From positions 1 to 64,000 of the forward strand of contig JAZJZE010000005.1 in the NCBI GenBank assembly GCA_040390065.1: a stretch of 64,000 nucleotides of DNA. The letters are read 5' to 3'. Made by a program: the position numbers and the translations under genes. Source of the stretch: a bacterium (GTDB lineage: Archaea; Thermoplasmatota; E2; JACPAO01; JAHFTW01). Of this stretch, positions 1 through 8,906 are shown piece by piece. A model generated the notes under the pieces. The model saw only the letters and a program-made list of their open reading frames with translations. It ran no database searches and was not told the DNA's origin. Numbering within the stretch: position 1 is the first letter of the stretch; each line of letters begins with the position of its first letter.

Positions 1-483
1 GCGCCCCCGGCGCGACGACCCTTCCCCCCGGCGAGCCGCTTCGCGGCTGACGCCGGGGGTCAGATGATGATGCTCGCCGCCGTCGTCCTCGTCCTCGGCT
101 TCATCGCCTTGTCCGGCATGGTCGCCCGCGTGTCGGAGGTCGGCGTGCAGACCGGCCGCGAACAACAGCGCCCCCTCCTGCTGGAGGTTGCGCCCATGAA
201 GGCAGGTCTCGACACCGCCATCCTGCGCCTCAAGACGGTGGACGGTTACCAGGACGACACCGATGCCCACAAGGCGGCTTACGAGGGCGCCATCCAAACG
301 GCGCTGCAGCACCAGCGCAGCCTGGAAGCCTCGCGTGGCCTGATGATGGAATACAGCTTCGCGTGCGCCACGCCCGGCGACCCCACCACCGGCTACGCCG
401 CCGTGTCGCTGACCGACGGCGAACTGTGGGTCCAGGTGCACTCCGCCACCTTCAAGCGGGCCTCGACGGCAACGCCCTGCTAG
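1..483 (+). CDS. Pilin-like protein with class III signal peptide (5' partial)
   Basis: Frame is open from base 1: ...RFAADAGG/QMMMLAAVVLVLGFIALSGM, a charged leader, G/Q cleavage site and hydrophobic helix; true start lies upstream of the window. Confidence 0.65.
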   Translation, partial: APPARRPFPPASRFAADAGGQMMMLAAVVLVLGFIALSGMVARVSEVGVQTGREQQRPLLLEVAPMKAGLDTAILRLKTVDGYQDDTDAHKAAYEGAIQTALQHQRSLEASRGLMMEYSFACATPGDPTTGYAAVSLTDGELWVQVHSATFKRASTATPC

Positions 484-590
484 CAGGAAGCAACTCGGTC
501 GGCAGGTGGGAACCGCGTCGTCATGTTGAAATATCGACGTTAGGGCGACCGCAACAGTGTTTATACCTACGACCAAATTGGAGCGCCACG

Positions 591-2810
591 ATGGCGGTGT
601 CCCCCTTCCGGCGCGACGACAAGGGGGTCGGCACCGGCGTCCTCGCCTTCTCCATTGCAGGCCTCATTTTCATGGCCAGCATGGCGGCAATCCTGACCGT
701 CAGCCGCACGAGCACCACGACGCCCGCCGTGTCGGACCCACAAACGTCGGCGGCATTGACTGGAAAGGCCCGTGGACTCGTCAACATCCTCCTCGATAGC
801 CCAGGCTACGGGGCAGGCGGAACCGACTGGGCGCCGGCCAATGACTACGGGGCCGGGAGTTCCTCGGCCGACTCGGTCACGCGCCTCGGCTTGATGGATG
901 CCGCCAACCCCGGCGTCTTGTCGTTCGCGAAGATGCAGAACCTGCGCCGCGCCCCCTACGAGGCCAACCCGAGCGATGGTTTCGTCAACTACCCCGAGGC
1001 GCGCACCGACCTTGGACTTGCCAACGAGAACCTCAACTTCCACATCCGCGCGTACCCGACGCTGCCGACGGTGGCGCAACTCCTCAAGACCGGAACGCGT
1101 GACCACAACCTTCGCATCACTTACCTCGGCGACATCGACGTGAGCCAACACGTCGAGCACCAGGCCTCCGGCAGCCCGACGGACGGCATGACCGCCACGG
1201 CCCCGACCTGCGCGGTCTCGCCCCTCATGGCATCGCCGAACCCGCAGGACTACCGGCTCTCGACGGTCGTCACGAATGGCGGCACCACGACCACGCAGTT
1301 CAGCGTCCTGTTCACCTACAAGCTCGGCACGGCGCAGAGGGCGTCACAGAACAGCAACTCCCCTGTCCTCGCCCCCGGCGCGTCGGTGACCGTATCGATT
1401 GACGTGCCGGCCCTTTCAGGCACGTCCTGCACGGTCGGCTCGACCATCCGCGTCGACGTCCACGACCCCGTCTCCCTGTCCATCAGCGCCAGCACCACCA
1501 TCGCCACCGCCGTCGGCGGCGCGGTCGTGGCGCCCAAGGACCTCTGGCTCGACTCGAGCAAGACGTACTACATCAACGCGAACGGCGCGACGACGGGATG
1601 CAGCGACCCCGTGACCCTCAACTACGACGGCTCCAACCTCGCCAAGAACGACAAGATGGCGGCGCGCGTCGTGCGCAGCGACGGCACGCAGGTGTACCCG
1701 TCCTCCGGAACCTGGTCGACGTTTGCCGCCCCCGCCCCCGACCAGAAGAAACTGGTCGCCGCCGGCTGCCTGGCGGAGGGCTCGTACACGGCCACCCTCG
1801 TCTACTACAGCGGCAGCAGCCCGACGGATGCCGACGAGCGCGTCACGGAGGAAGTCATCGTGACGACCGGCACGCTCGCCGCGTACAGTGCGCCTGGGCA
1901 GGACGTTCCGACCGGCCCGGACATCTACACGCCTACGGAGGCAGCCATCGTCGAGACCGGCTACCTCAACACCTTGGTCGACAAGTTCTGCCCGTTCTAC
2001 TTCGACTCCGCCGCGGACTCGCCCATGGCGGCCCCGGGGACCTGGTCGTCGCGCTGCTCCAGCTTCAAGGGAGGCATGTCGCAGCCGGGGGACGTCTTCC
2101 CCGACAGCAAGAAGATCATGGACAACGACCTGCCGGCGCGCCTGCTGAACGCCGACGGCACGCCGCGGTACGACATCGTCAACGTCCTCGTGGCCGGCTC
2201 CAACATCGACCAGACCGCCATGACGAGCCAAGCCGCAAAAGGCGCCGTCGGCGACTGGGTCCTCGGCGGCGGACTCCTTATCGTCTTCGGCTCGACGAAC
2301 CAGAACGTCAACTGGCTCGAGCCCATTTTCCACTCCGCAATCCGCTCCTCGTCCGGCGGCATCGGCGTTCCGGACCCCGGCCACCCTGTGCTGCACACGG
2401 CCGACCAGTTGGATTACCCGCAGTACGACAACCGCGACCGCGTCTGGAACTTCAACGGCCAGACCGCACAAGACGCGGCCATCCTGTTCACCAACATCGT
2501 TGTGCAAGGCTCCGACCCGGTCACGACGGAAAGCAACCCGGGCGCGATGGGCGACGGCGCGGTCATCCTCACGACTTGGACGCCGTACGACGTCTACGAC
2601 GGGTCGAAGGACGCTGGAACGACCTCGCTTGAAGGCCTGAAGCTCGTCAACAACCTCCTCATGCAGGGCTACAAGGACCTCTTCCTGGATTATGGGCCAC
2701 CCTTGCCGTCGGCCACGAACGTGGTGCCCGCCATGCGCATCGTCGAGGTGCAGCACCCGCAGTTCGCCGACCCGCTGGAGTTGTCCGTCATCCTCTTCGT
2801 CTTCCAGTAG
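591..2810 (+). CDS. Large pilin-like/class III signal peptide surface protein with Ig-like insert and C-terminal GATase-like (DUF4350-like) domain
   Basis: ATG 591 gives MAVSPFRRDDKG/VGTGVLAFSIAGLIF; C-terminal 'VGDWVLGGGLLIVFGS' segment; paralogous to the next gene. Confidence 0.7.
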   Translation: MAVSPFRRDDKGVGTGVLAFSIAGLIFMASMAAILTVSRTSTTTPAVSDPQTSAALTGKARGLVNILLDSPGYGAGGTDWAPANDYGAGSSSADSVTRLGLMDAANPGVLSFAKMQNLRRAPYEANPSDGFVNYPEARTDLGLANENLNFHIRAYPTLPTVAQLLKTGTRDHNLRITYLGDIDVSQHVEHQASGSPTDGMTATAPTCAVSPLMASPNPQDYRLSTVVTNGGTTTTQFSVLFTYKLGTAQRASQNSNSPVLAPGASVTVSIDVPALSGTSCTVGSTIRVDVHDPVSLSISASTTIATAVGGAVVAPKDLWLDSSKTYYINANGATTGCSDPVTLNYDGSNLAKNDKMAARVVRSDGTQVYPSSGTWSTFAAPAPDQKKLVAAGCLAEGSYTATLVYYSGSSPTDADERVTEEVIVTTGTLAAYSAPGQDVPTGPDIYTPTEAAIVETGYLNTLVDKFCPFYFDSAADSPMAAPGTWSSRCSSFKGGMSQPGDVFPDSKKIMDNDLPARLLNADGTPRYDIVNVLVAGSNIDQTAMTSQAAKGAVGDWVLGGGLLIVFGSTNQNVNWLEPIFHSAIRSSSGGIGVPDPGHPVLHTADQLDYPQYDNRDRVWNFNGQTAQDAAILFTNIVVQGSDPVTTESNPGAMGDGAVILTTWTPYDVYDGSKDAGTTSLEGLKLVNNLLMQGYKDLFLDYGPPLPSATNVVPAMRIVEVQHPQFADPLELSVILFVFQ

Positions 2811-2900
2811 GCGGCTCCAACGCTAACATTCATAGGGGGGCCGCTTGCGACTTGAAGCTTTGGGGCTATACGTTGATATGGGGACATGGGACGCTCTCCT

Positions 2901-4298
2901 ATGTACCACAACGACGGCGAGCGCGGCTCGTCGTACGTCCTTACGTTCCTGGTGGCAGGCGCCATCTTCGTGGCCGTCATCGGCGGGCTCCTCATCACGT
3001 CGCGCAACGCCGGCAAGGATCCGGGCGGGGCCGCGCAGACGTCGACCACGGACACCGACGCGCGCAGCCTTGCCGACCTCATCATCGCCAGTCCCGGCAT
3101 CGGTTGGGCGGCAGGCCCCGACCATGTCCAGCGGCTCGGCTTGGGCGCCGCCGGCGGCGGGCTCAACCACACGTCCATCGAAGCGCTTCGAAGCGCCCTC
3201 CTGTCGTCGGCCGCCAACGGCAAAGTCGATTATCCCGACGCCCGGACGGGGCTCGGCCTCACCGGCACCCAGGACTTCCACCTGCGCATCTACCCCGTCG
3301 CCCTGCCCGCCATCTACAAGGAGACGAGGGCGGGCCTGAAGACGGCCTACATCGGCGACTGGACGAGCCTGGCCACGGTCAACGTCCTGCAGGGCTCCTC
3401 CGACCAGATGATCCAGGCCGCGCAGTTGCAGCTCAACCTCACCATGTTCGCGCAGACGGCAAAGGAACGCCTGGCCCTGCGCGACCTTGGGCTCGACTTC
3501 AACGACCGCGTCTTCCTGAGCACGCTGGCACCAACGGTGCTGGTCACGCTGTCCCTGCCGCCATTTACCGAACCTCTTCTCACGGCCCTCAACGTCCCCC
3601 TGCTGGCCGGCGACGTCTACCCGGACGTGAAACAATATCTCGATGCCAACCTCGCGGGCCAACTCGGCCAGTACGACCTCCTCATCGTCGGCGCCGGCGT
3701 CGACCAAAGCACGCTCACGTCCGCCGTGACGAAGTACGCCATCCGCGACTGGGTGCTGGGCGGCGGCACGCTCATCGTGATGGGTTCATCGAGTCTCAAC
3801 TATCAATGGCTGCAACCGCTCTTCGACGTCGGCGTCAAGACCGCCAATGGGGCGGCAACCGCACCCGATCCGACCCACCCGCTGCTTGTCACACCCAACC
3901 AACTGGAATGGACATCGTACAGCGACCATGGCATGGGCTGGGACATCAAGGCCAACGGCGCCAACGCCGCGTACGAGAGCTTCAACCACGTCATCGTCCA
4001 GGGCGGCGAGGACGTTCTGGCCGTCTCCGAAGATGGCGGCTTCGGCAAAGGGCGCATCATCCTGACCACGTACCTGCCGCGTGAGATCGCGACGACGATC
4101 AGCCAGGCCGAGGCCGAGCATCTCATCGACAACATGATCCTGTACTCGGACCGCGGCGACCTGTTCCTGGAGTACGGCCCGCAGCAGCCCACCAACATGC
4201 CGGTCTCCGTCGCCGTTCGCGACAGCTCAATCCCCGACACGCGCCTCGGGCTCGTCCCCATGCGCACCGAGCTGCACCTCTGGGGCACGCCAGCCTAG
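2901..4298 (+). CDS. Pilin-like/class III signal peptide surface protein, paralog of 591-2810
   Basis: MYHNDGERG/SSYVLTFLVAGAIF; shared blocks SPG..W, RLGL, YPDAR..LGL, FHLRIYP, GDVYPD, DWVLGGG, DLFLEYGP; alternative ATG at 2886. Confidence 0.72.
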   Translation: MYHNDGERGSSYVLTFLVAGAIFVAVIGGLLITSRNAGKDPGGAAQTSTTDTDARSLADLIIASPGIGWAAGPDHVQRLGLGAAGGGLNHTSIEALRSALLSSAANGKVDYPDARTGLGLTGTQDFHLRIYPVALPAIYKETRAGLKTAYIGDWTSLATVNVLQGSSDQMIQAAQLQLNLTMFAQTAKERLALRDLGLDFNDRVFLSTLAPTVLVTLSLPPFTEPLLTALNVPLLAGDVYPDVKQYLDANLAGQLGQYDLLIVGAGVDQSTLTSAVTKYAIRDWVLGGGTLIVMGSSSLNYQWLQPLFDVGVKTANGAATAPDPTHPLLVTPNQLEWTSYSDHGMGWDIKANGANAAYESFNHVIVQGGEDVLAVSEDGGFGKGRIILTTYLPREIATTISQAEAEHLIDNMILYSDRGDLFLEYGPQQPTNMPVSVAVRDSSIPDTRLGLVPMRTELHLWGTPA

Positions 4299-4301
4299 AA
4301 C

Positions 4302-4418
4302 TCAATGCGTCAGGGCCCAGAGTTGGCGGGCCATGTAAGCCGTGAAGCCCACGACCACCAAGAACAACACGATACGCACGAGCCACACCGGCTCCTCGGC
4401 ACGCGGCGGCTCGGCCAT
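4302..4418 (-). CDS. 38-aa single-TM small protein
   Basis: MAEPPRAEEPVWLVRIVLFLVVVGFTAYMARQLWALTH; TTTAAA box 22 nt upstream. Confidence 0.5.
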   Translation of the reverse strand: MAEPPRAEEPVWLVRIVLFLVVVGFTAYMARQLWALTH

Positions 4419-4440
4419 GGGCCCGCACAGGGCGGACGCC

Positions 4441-4446
4441 TTTAAA
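4441..4446. promoter_or_regulatory. Palindromic TATA box (TTTAAA) between divergent genes
   Basis: AT-only hexamer in GC-rich spacer, 22 nt from ATG 4418 (-) and 22 nt from GTG 4469 (+). Confidence 0.6.
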
Positions 4447-4468
4447 CGCCTGGAGCTTAGAAACGCGC

Positions 4469-5689
4469 GTGGACGCAAAGGGCCGTGGCGCGAGTCCCGG
4501 CGACGCCTTGGCAAGCATCATGGCGGCCGCCTCCGAAGCCGTGACGCCCGACGAGTTGGCGAAGGTCGTCGCCCGCGCCGCCGCCGGAGAGAAACCGCGC
4601 GCCTACATTGGGTTCGAACCGTCAGGCACGGCGCATGTCGGCTGGATGGTCTGCACCGACATGGTGCGTCGCCTGGTCGACGCCGGCTTCGACGTGCGCA
4701 TCCTGCTGGCCGACTGGCACGCCCAGATCAACGACAAGCTCGGCGGCGACATGGCAGCCATCCAACGCTGTGGCGCCTACATGCAGGAATGCTTCGAGGC
4801 GCTCGGGGCGGGCAAGGTCACGTACGTGTACGCCAACGAACTGGCCCGCGACCCGTCGTACTGGGCGATGGTTGTGCAGGTGCAGAAGCACACGAGCCTC
4901 GCCCGCATGCGCCGCGCAATGACCATCATGGGCCGCGCCGAGGACGAAGCCGACGGCGACATGTCCAAGTTCCTCTACCCTGCGATGCAGGTGGCCGACA
5001 TCTTCCACATGGGCATCGACCTCGCCTACGGCGGCCTCGACCAGCGCCACGCGCACATGCTTGCCCGCGACGTCGCCCCGAAGTTGGGACGCATGCCACC
5101 CGTGGCCATCCACACGCCGCTCGTCCCGAGCCTCAAGGGCACGGGCCGCATGGAGGTCGGCGGCCCAGCCCCCGAGGAGACCGAGCTCTTCGCCCGTTGG
5201 ATCACGGACGGCAAGGCCCGCGGACTCGACGACCGCGCTGCCCTACAGGACGCCAACCGTCGCCTCAACGAGCACCGCCTGCTCACGAAGAAGATGTCCA
5301 AGTCCGACCCGGGCTCGGGCATCTTCCTGCACGACACCCAGGACGAGATCAAGGCCAAGCTCAAGGCTGCGCATTGCCCCGCGAAGGAGACCGACGGCAA
5401 TCCGGTCATCGACCTGCTGCGCCTCGTCGTCTGGCCGCGCCTGGGACAATTGCACCGCGACGGCCCGCTGCGCTTCGAGATCCACCGCCCCGAGAAGTTC
5501 GGCGGCAACAAGTTGTACGTCGGCTACGACGCCCTCGTGGCGGAGTACAAGTCCGGGGCACTGCACCCGATGGACCTGAAGAACGGCGTCGCCGACGCGT
5601 TGTTCGCCTTGCTCGAGCCGGTGCGGGCCCACTTCAAGGCGCACCCGGAGAACCTGGCGTTCGTGCAGGGACTCAAGCGGACCCGTTAG
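4469..5689 (+). CDS. tyrS: Tyrosyl-tRNA synthetase (archaeal type)
   Basis: YIGFEPSGTAHVG (HIGH-like), YPAMQVADI, GGLDQRHAH, KMSKS, LHPMDLK. Confidence 0.95.
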   Translation: MDAKGRGASPGDALASIMAAASEAVTPDELAKVVARAAAGEKPRAYIGFEPSGTAHVGWMVCTDMVRRLVDAGFDVRILLADWHAQINDKLGGDMAAIQRCGAYMQECFEALGAGKVTYVYANELARDPSYWAMVVQVQKHTSLARMRRAMTIMGRAEDEADGDMSKFLYPAMQVADIFHMGIDLAYGGLDQRHAHMLARDVAPKLGRMPPVAIHTPLVPSLKGTGRMEVGGPAPEETELFARWITDGKARGLDDRAALQDANRRLNEHRLLTKKMSKSDPGSGIFLHDTQDEIKAKLKAAHCPAKETDGNPVIDLLRLVVWPRLGQLHRDGPLRFEIHRPEKFGGNKLYVGYDALVAEYKSGALHPMDLKNGVADALFALLEPVRAHFKAHPENLAFVQGLKRTR

Positions 5690-6501
5690 CGGGTGCGCTG
5701 CGCTTGTGCCTGCCGCTGGGCCACGCCGCCCACATGCTGGGCGACGGCGAGCTGAACGGACGCCATGGCCTCGGCATCACCGACCGTGCGCGGCAGGCGC
5801 CCCGCCGACGCGTCCCACTGCAAGCCCTTGTACGTGACGCGCTCCAGCAGCAGGCCCTCGGCCGGTGCCGCGGCGAAGCGGACGTCCGGTTCTCCCGACT
5901 CCAAGGCGGCCACGATGTCCCCCACGTCGGCGTCGCCGCGTCCCACTGCGAGCACCGCGCCCACCATGCGTCGCACCTGGCCCCACAGGAAGGACTCGCC
6001 GCGGGCGCGGAACGACCACAGCCGCCCTGATCTGCCGACGGAGAACGAAAGGACCGTGCGCTCCGGGTGGCGGCCTGCCTCGACGCGGGCGAAGGCCGAC
6101 ATGTCGTGCCGACCTAGGAAAGCCGTGCACGCGGGACGCATGGCGGCCAGGTCCTCGGCGCGCTTCGGATGCAGCAGGCGATACGTGCGGGAGGCGGCGT
6201 GGCGCGGGTTCCAGCCGGCGTCGACTTGGGCGACCCCCGTCACCCAAAGTCCGGCAGGAAGATGGCGCTGCAGGCTTGGCAGCAGGCCTCGTAGGTGAGG
6301 TCGTTCGAGGTCGGCCGAGCCGACGTTCTCGAGCGCGGAGACGCCACCGTCCGTGCGTGACCCCGTGCGGAAGCCGCCGTCGAGCATGCCCTCGCGTCGT
6401 AGGGCCTGGATGAGAGCCGACTCCACCGATGGCGTGCCGGGGTTGCGCGCGTACGAGGCAAAGTGCGTGCCGTCGTAGGCGAAGCGCAAGGCGACCCGCA
6501 T
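5686..6501 (-). CDS. truA: tRNA pseudouridine(38-40) synthase
   Basis: LRFAYDGTHF, GSRTDGGVSA with catalytic Asp, SFLWGQVRRMVG, APAEGLLL. Confidence 0.92.
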   Translation of the reverse strand: MRVALRFAYDGTHFASYARNPGTPSVESALIQALRREGMLDGGFRTGSRTDGGVSALENVGSADLERPHLRGLLPSLQRHLPAGLWVTGVAQVDAGWNPRHAASRTYRLLHPKRAEDLAAMRPACTAFLGRHDMSAFARVEAGRHPERTVLSFSVGRSGRLWSFRARGESFLWGQVRRMVGAVLAVGRGDADVGDIVAALESGEPDVRFAAAPAEGLLLERVTYKGLQWDASAGRLPRTVGDAEAMASVQLAVAQHVGGVAQRQAQAQRTR

Positions 6502-6534
6502 CGCGTCGGCGAGGGCAGGGCACCCGGAAAGCCG

Positions 6535-8838
6535 TTACCGCTTGCGGCGGGCCGGCTTCTTGGGCCGGGTCTTGGCGATGCCGATGGCGGCGCCGGCGAC
6601 CAGGCCGACTCCGGCAAACGGATACAGGACCCACGACCAATCCGCGGGCCGCGCGTCTCCGGCGTGCACGGGTTGGGCCATTTGCGAGGGTTCGCGGGCC
6701 GCATCATGCAGGCCGCTCTGGCCGGACGCGGCACCGTCGTATCCGCCGGGGGCGTCGGTCTTGGCCACGGGCAGGGCGCAGCGGTCGCCGATGCCGTCCT
6801 GGTCCGAGTCGAGCTGGTCCGTGTTCGGCGCGAACGGGCAGTTGTCCAGGAACGATCCAGGCGGGCCCCAATTGGCCACGCCATCGCCGTCGATGTCGGG
6901 ATCGCACGTGTCGGGGACGCCGTCGCCGTCGCGGTCCATCGGGTTCTCGGCTTGGCATGCGGTCGGCGCGTCGGGCACGCCGCGCTCCATCGGCGACAGG
7001 TAGATGTCCTCGACGTCGGGGACGAAGGCGGTATCGAGGTCGCAGGCATCGCCAGTCCCGTCACCATCAGAGTCCGCTTGAGCCGGGTTGAACGTCGTTG
7101 CGCAGTTGTCTGCGACGTCGGCAACACCGTCGAGGTCGGTGTCCGTGGCGACGAGGCCGACGAGCACGATGAGGTGGCGGTGCGCCTCGCCGCCGCGGCC
7201 ATCGGCGACGACGAAATCGGTCTGGTCGTAGAAGCCGGCCTGCTCCGGCGTCGGATACCATTGGAAGTACCCGGTCTTGGCGTCGAACTTGGCTCCGACC
7301 GGAAGGCCCGTCGCGCTGAACGTCAACGGGTCGAGGTCGGGGTCGAAGGCTTGCAAGTACACCTGCACGAGGCTGCCAGCGGTGACGTGGCGGCTGCGGA
7401 CGGCGACGAGGAAGGGCGGATGGTTGGGCGTGCCGGGGGCCGGCACTTGCTTGCACAGTTTGTCGGTCGCAGCGAAGGCGTCGCCCGCGGTCAGGCAGAC
7501 CGTGTAGGTGCCGCCCAGGGCGTATGTGTGGCTGGGCGAGGCCTCCGTGCTGGTCACGGTGTCTCCGAAGCTCCACAGATGGGTCGTGACCGCGCCGTCG
7601 AGGTCCGTGGACGCATCCGTGAACTGCACGCCGACGTTGTCTGCAAGGCTGCTCCAGGCCGCAGTCGGTGGCCGGTCCGCCACCGCAATCGGATGGCAGG
7701 TGCTCCAAGTTCGCCAAGCCGAGGCCGCCAGGCGAGCCTCTCGATGAAGGCAGGCGGCGTACGTCCCGGCAACCGCGTACGCGTGCGATGGCGCGGCGTC
7801 CGTGCTGACGGCTTCGTCACCGAACGACCAGGCCGCGTGCTGTTCGAGGCCGGGCAACGACGGGATGGCGGACATGTCGGTGAAGAGCACGGGGTCCAAC
7901 GTGAGGTCTGCCGGCGCCGTTTCGGAGAAGACTTGGGTGAACACCGGTGTGAGGCAGGCCAGGCCGTCGATGCCGGCGAATCCCAGGAAGAACGTCTGCG
8001 GGGCGCCTTGACTCGGATCCGATTCCGAGAGGGACCATGCCTGGGCGCCGAGTTGGCTGAGCGCGGACAGAGCGGCGCTCTCGGTCGGGGCTGCTCCATA
8101 GAACATCTGGAAATGCAAAGAGTCGCCGGGGCCGAGGCAGCCCAGCCCCAAGTCGAACAGGGCGCCGTGGTCGGCCGGACCGGCGTGGTCGGCTCCGGGG
8201 CCAGCAGGCGGGCCCGTCATGGAAATCTGCGTCGGGCCCGCAAGCGGATTGGCGGAAGCCAGGCCGTCGTCGCTGGAGAATGCAAGCAGGGTCGGTGCGG
8301 GCGATACGCCGCGCAGCGTCACGTATTCCTGGCCCGCGTAGGCCTCGTTGCCCCAGTCGACGACGCGGCGGTAGATGACAGATGACGCCAGCGTTGGGCC
8401 CTTGTTCTCGATGCCGACGTCGGTCTGGAACGCGAACGTGGAACTGGACGGCGCGGTCGCGTGCGTGATGCGCAGCTGCGTTGCGTCCACGACGGACGTG
8501 GCGGTGGTGGCGGTGGCCTCGAACGAGACCTGTGAGATGCCTGTTGCTGCCGCGCCCTTCACGTACCCCGTCAGGCCGTCGTGGGCGATGCCCCAGCCTT
8601 CGCATCCGCAGCCGCCGGCGATGCCGTCGGAGTTGGTGGCGTCGAGGCGCAGGCCGACCGACGTCGCGCCGCCCGTCGATGGCGCGCCTCCCGGAGCCAC
8701 GAGGTTGCCGAGGTCCGTGACGCCCATCTGGACGACGCCGTTGTCGACGATGGCGGCGTCACCGTGCGGCAGCCAGGCGACCGCGGCGCAGGCGGCGATG
8801 CCCGCAAGGACGATGAAGCGCATCCTGGAGGAGAGCAT
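6535..8838 (-). CDS. Secreted membrane-anchored protein: N-terminal beta domain, PKD domains, Ig-like domain, TSP3 Ca-binding repeats
   Basis: Signal peptide MLSSRMRFIVLAG..; WSFGD PKD motifs; DNC...NPAQADSDGDGTGDACD repeats; C-terminal TM plus KKPARRKR. Confidence 0.85.
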   Translation of the reverse strand: MLSSRMRFIVLAGIAACAAVAWLPHGDAAIVDNGVVQMGVTDLGNLVAPGGAPSTGGATSVGLRLDATNSDGIAGGCGCEGWGIAHDGLTGYVKGAAATGISQVSFEATATTATSVVDATQLRITHATAPSSSTFAFQTDVGIENKGPTLASSVIYRRVVDWGNEAYAGQEYVTLRGVSPAPTLLAFSSDDGLASANPLAGPTQISMTGPPAGPGADHAGPADHGALFDLGLGCLGPGDSLHFQMFYGAAPTESAALSALSQLGAQAWSLSESDPSQGAPQTFFLGFAGIDGLACLTPVFTQVFSETAPADLTLDPVLFTDMSAIPSLPGLEQHAAWSFGDEAVSTDAAPSHAYAVAGTYAACLHREARLAASAWRTWSTCHPIAVADRPPTAAWSSLADNVGVQFTDASTDLDGAVTTHLWSFGDTVTSTEASPSHTYALGGTYTVCLTAGDAFAATDKLCKQVPAPGTPNHPPFLVAVRSRHVTAGSLVQVYLQAFDPDLDPLTFSATGLPVGAKFDAKTGYFQWYPTPEQAGFYDQTDFVVADGRGGEAHRHLIVLVGLVATDTDLDGVADVADNCATTFNPAQADSDGDGTGDACDLDTAFVPDVEDIYLSPMERGVPDAPTACQAENPMDRDGDGVPDTCDPDIDGDGVANWGPPGSFLDNCPFAPNTDQLDSDQDGIGDRCALPVAKTDAPGGYDGAASGQSGLHDAAREPSQMAQPVHAGDARPADWSWVLYPFAGVGLVAGAAIGIAKTRPKKPARRKR

Positions 8839-8906
8839 GGCAGGGGCCCCGGTTCCCCGGGCGACCGTTGACTCCTGTTTCAGACATTTAAAGGATTTGG
8901 TCGTCC

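Noticed and set aside
363-590. Long N-terminal extensions in the ORF track (also at 10727, 13880, 43657, 54461, 57752, 23302 and others)
   Set aside because: They overlap neighbouring genes or promoters; motifs and TATA spacing support later starts
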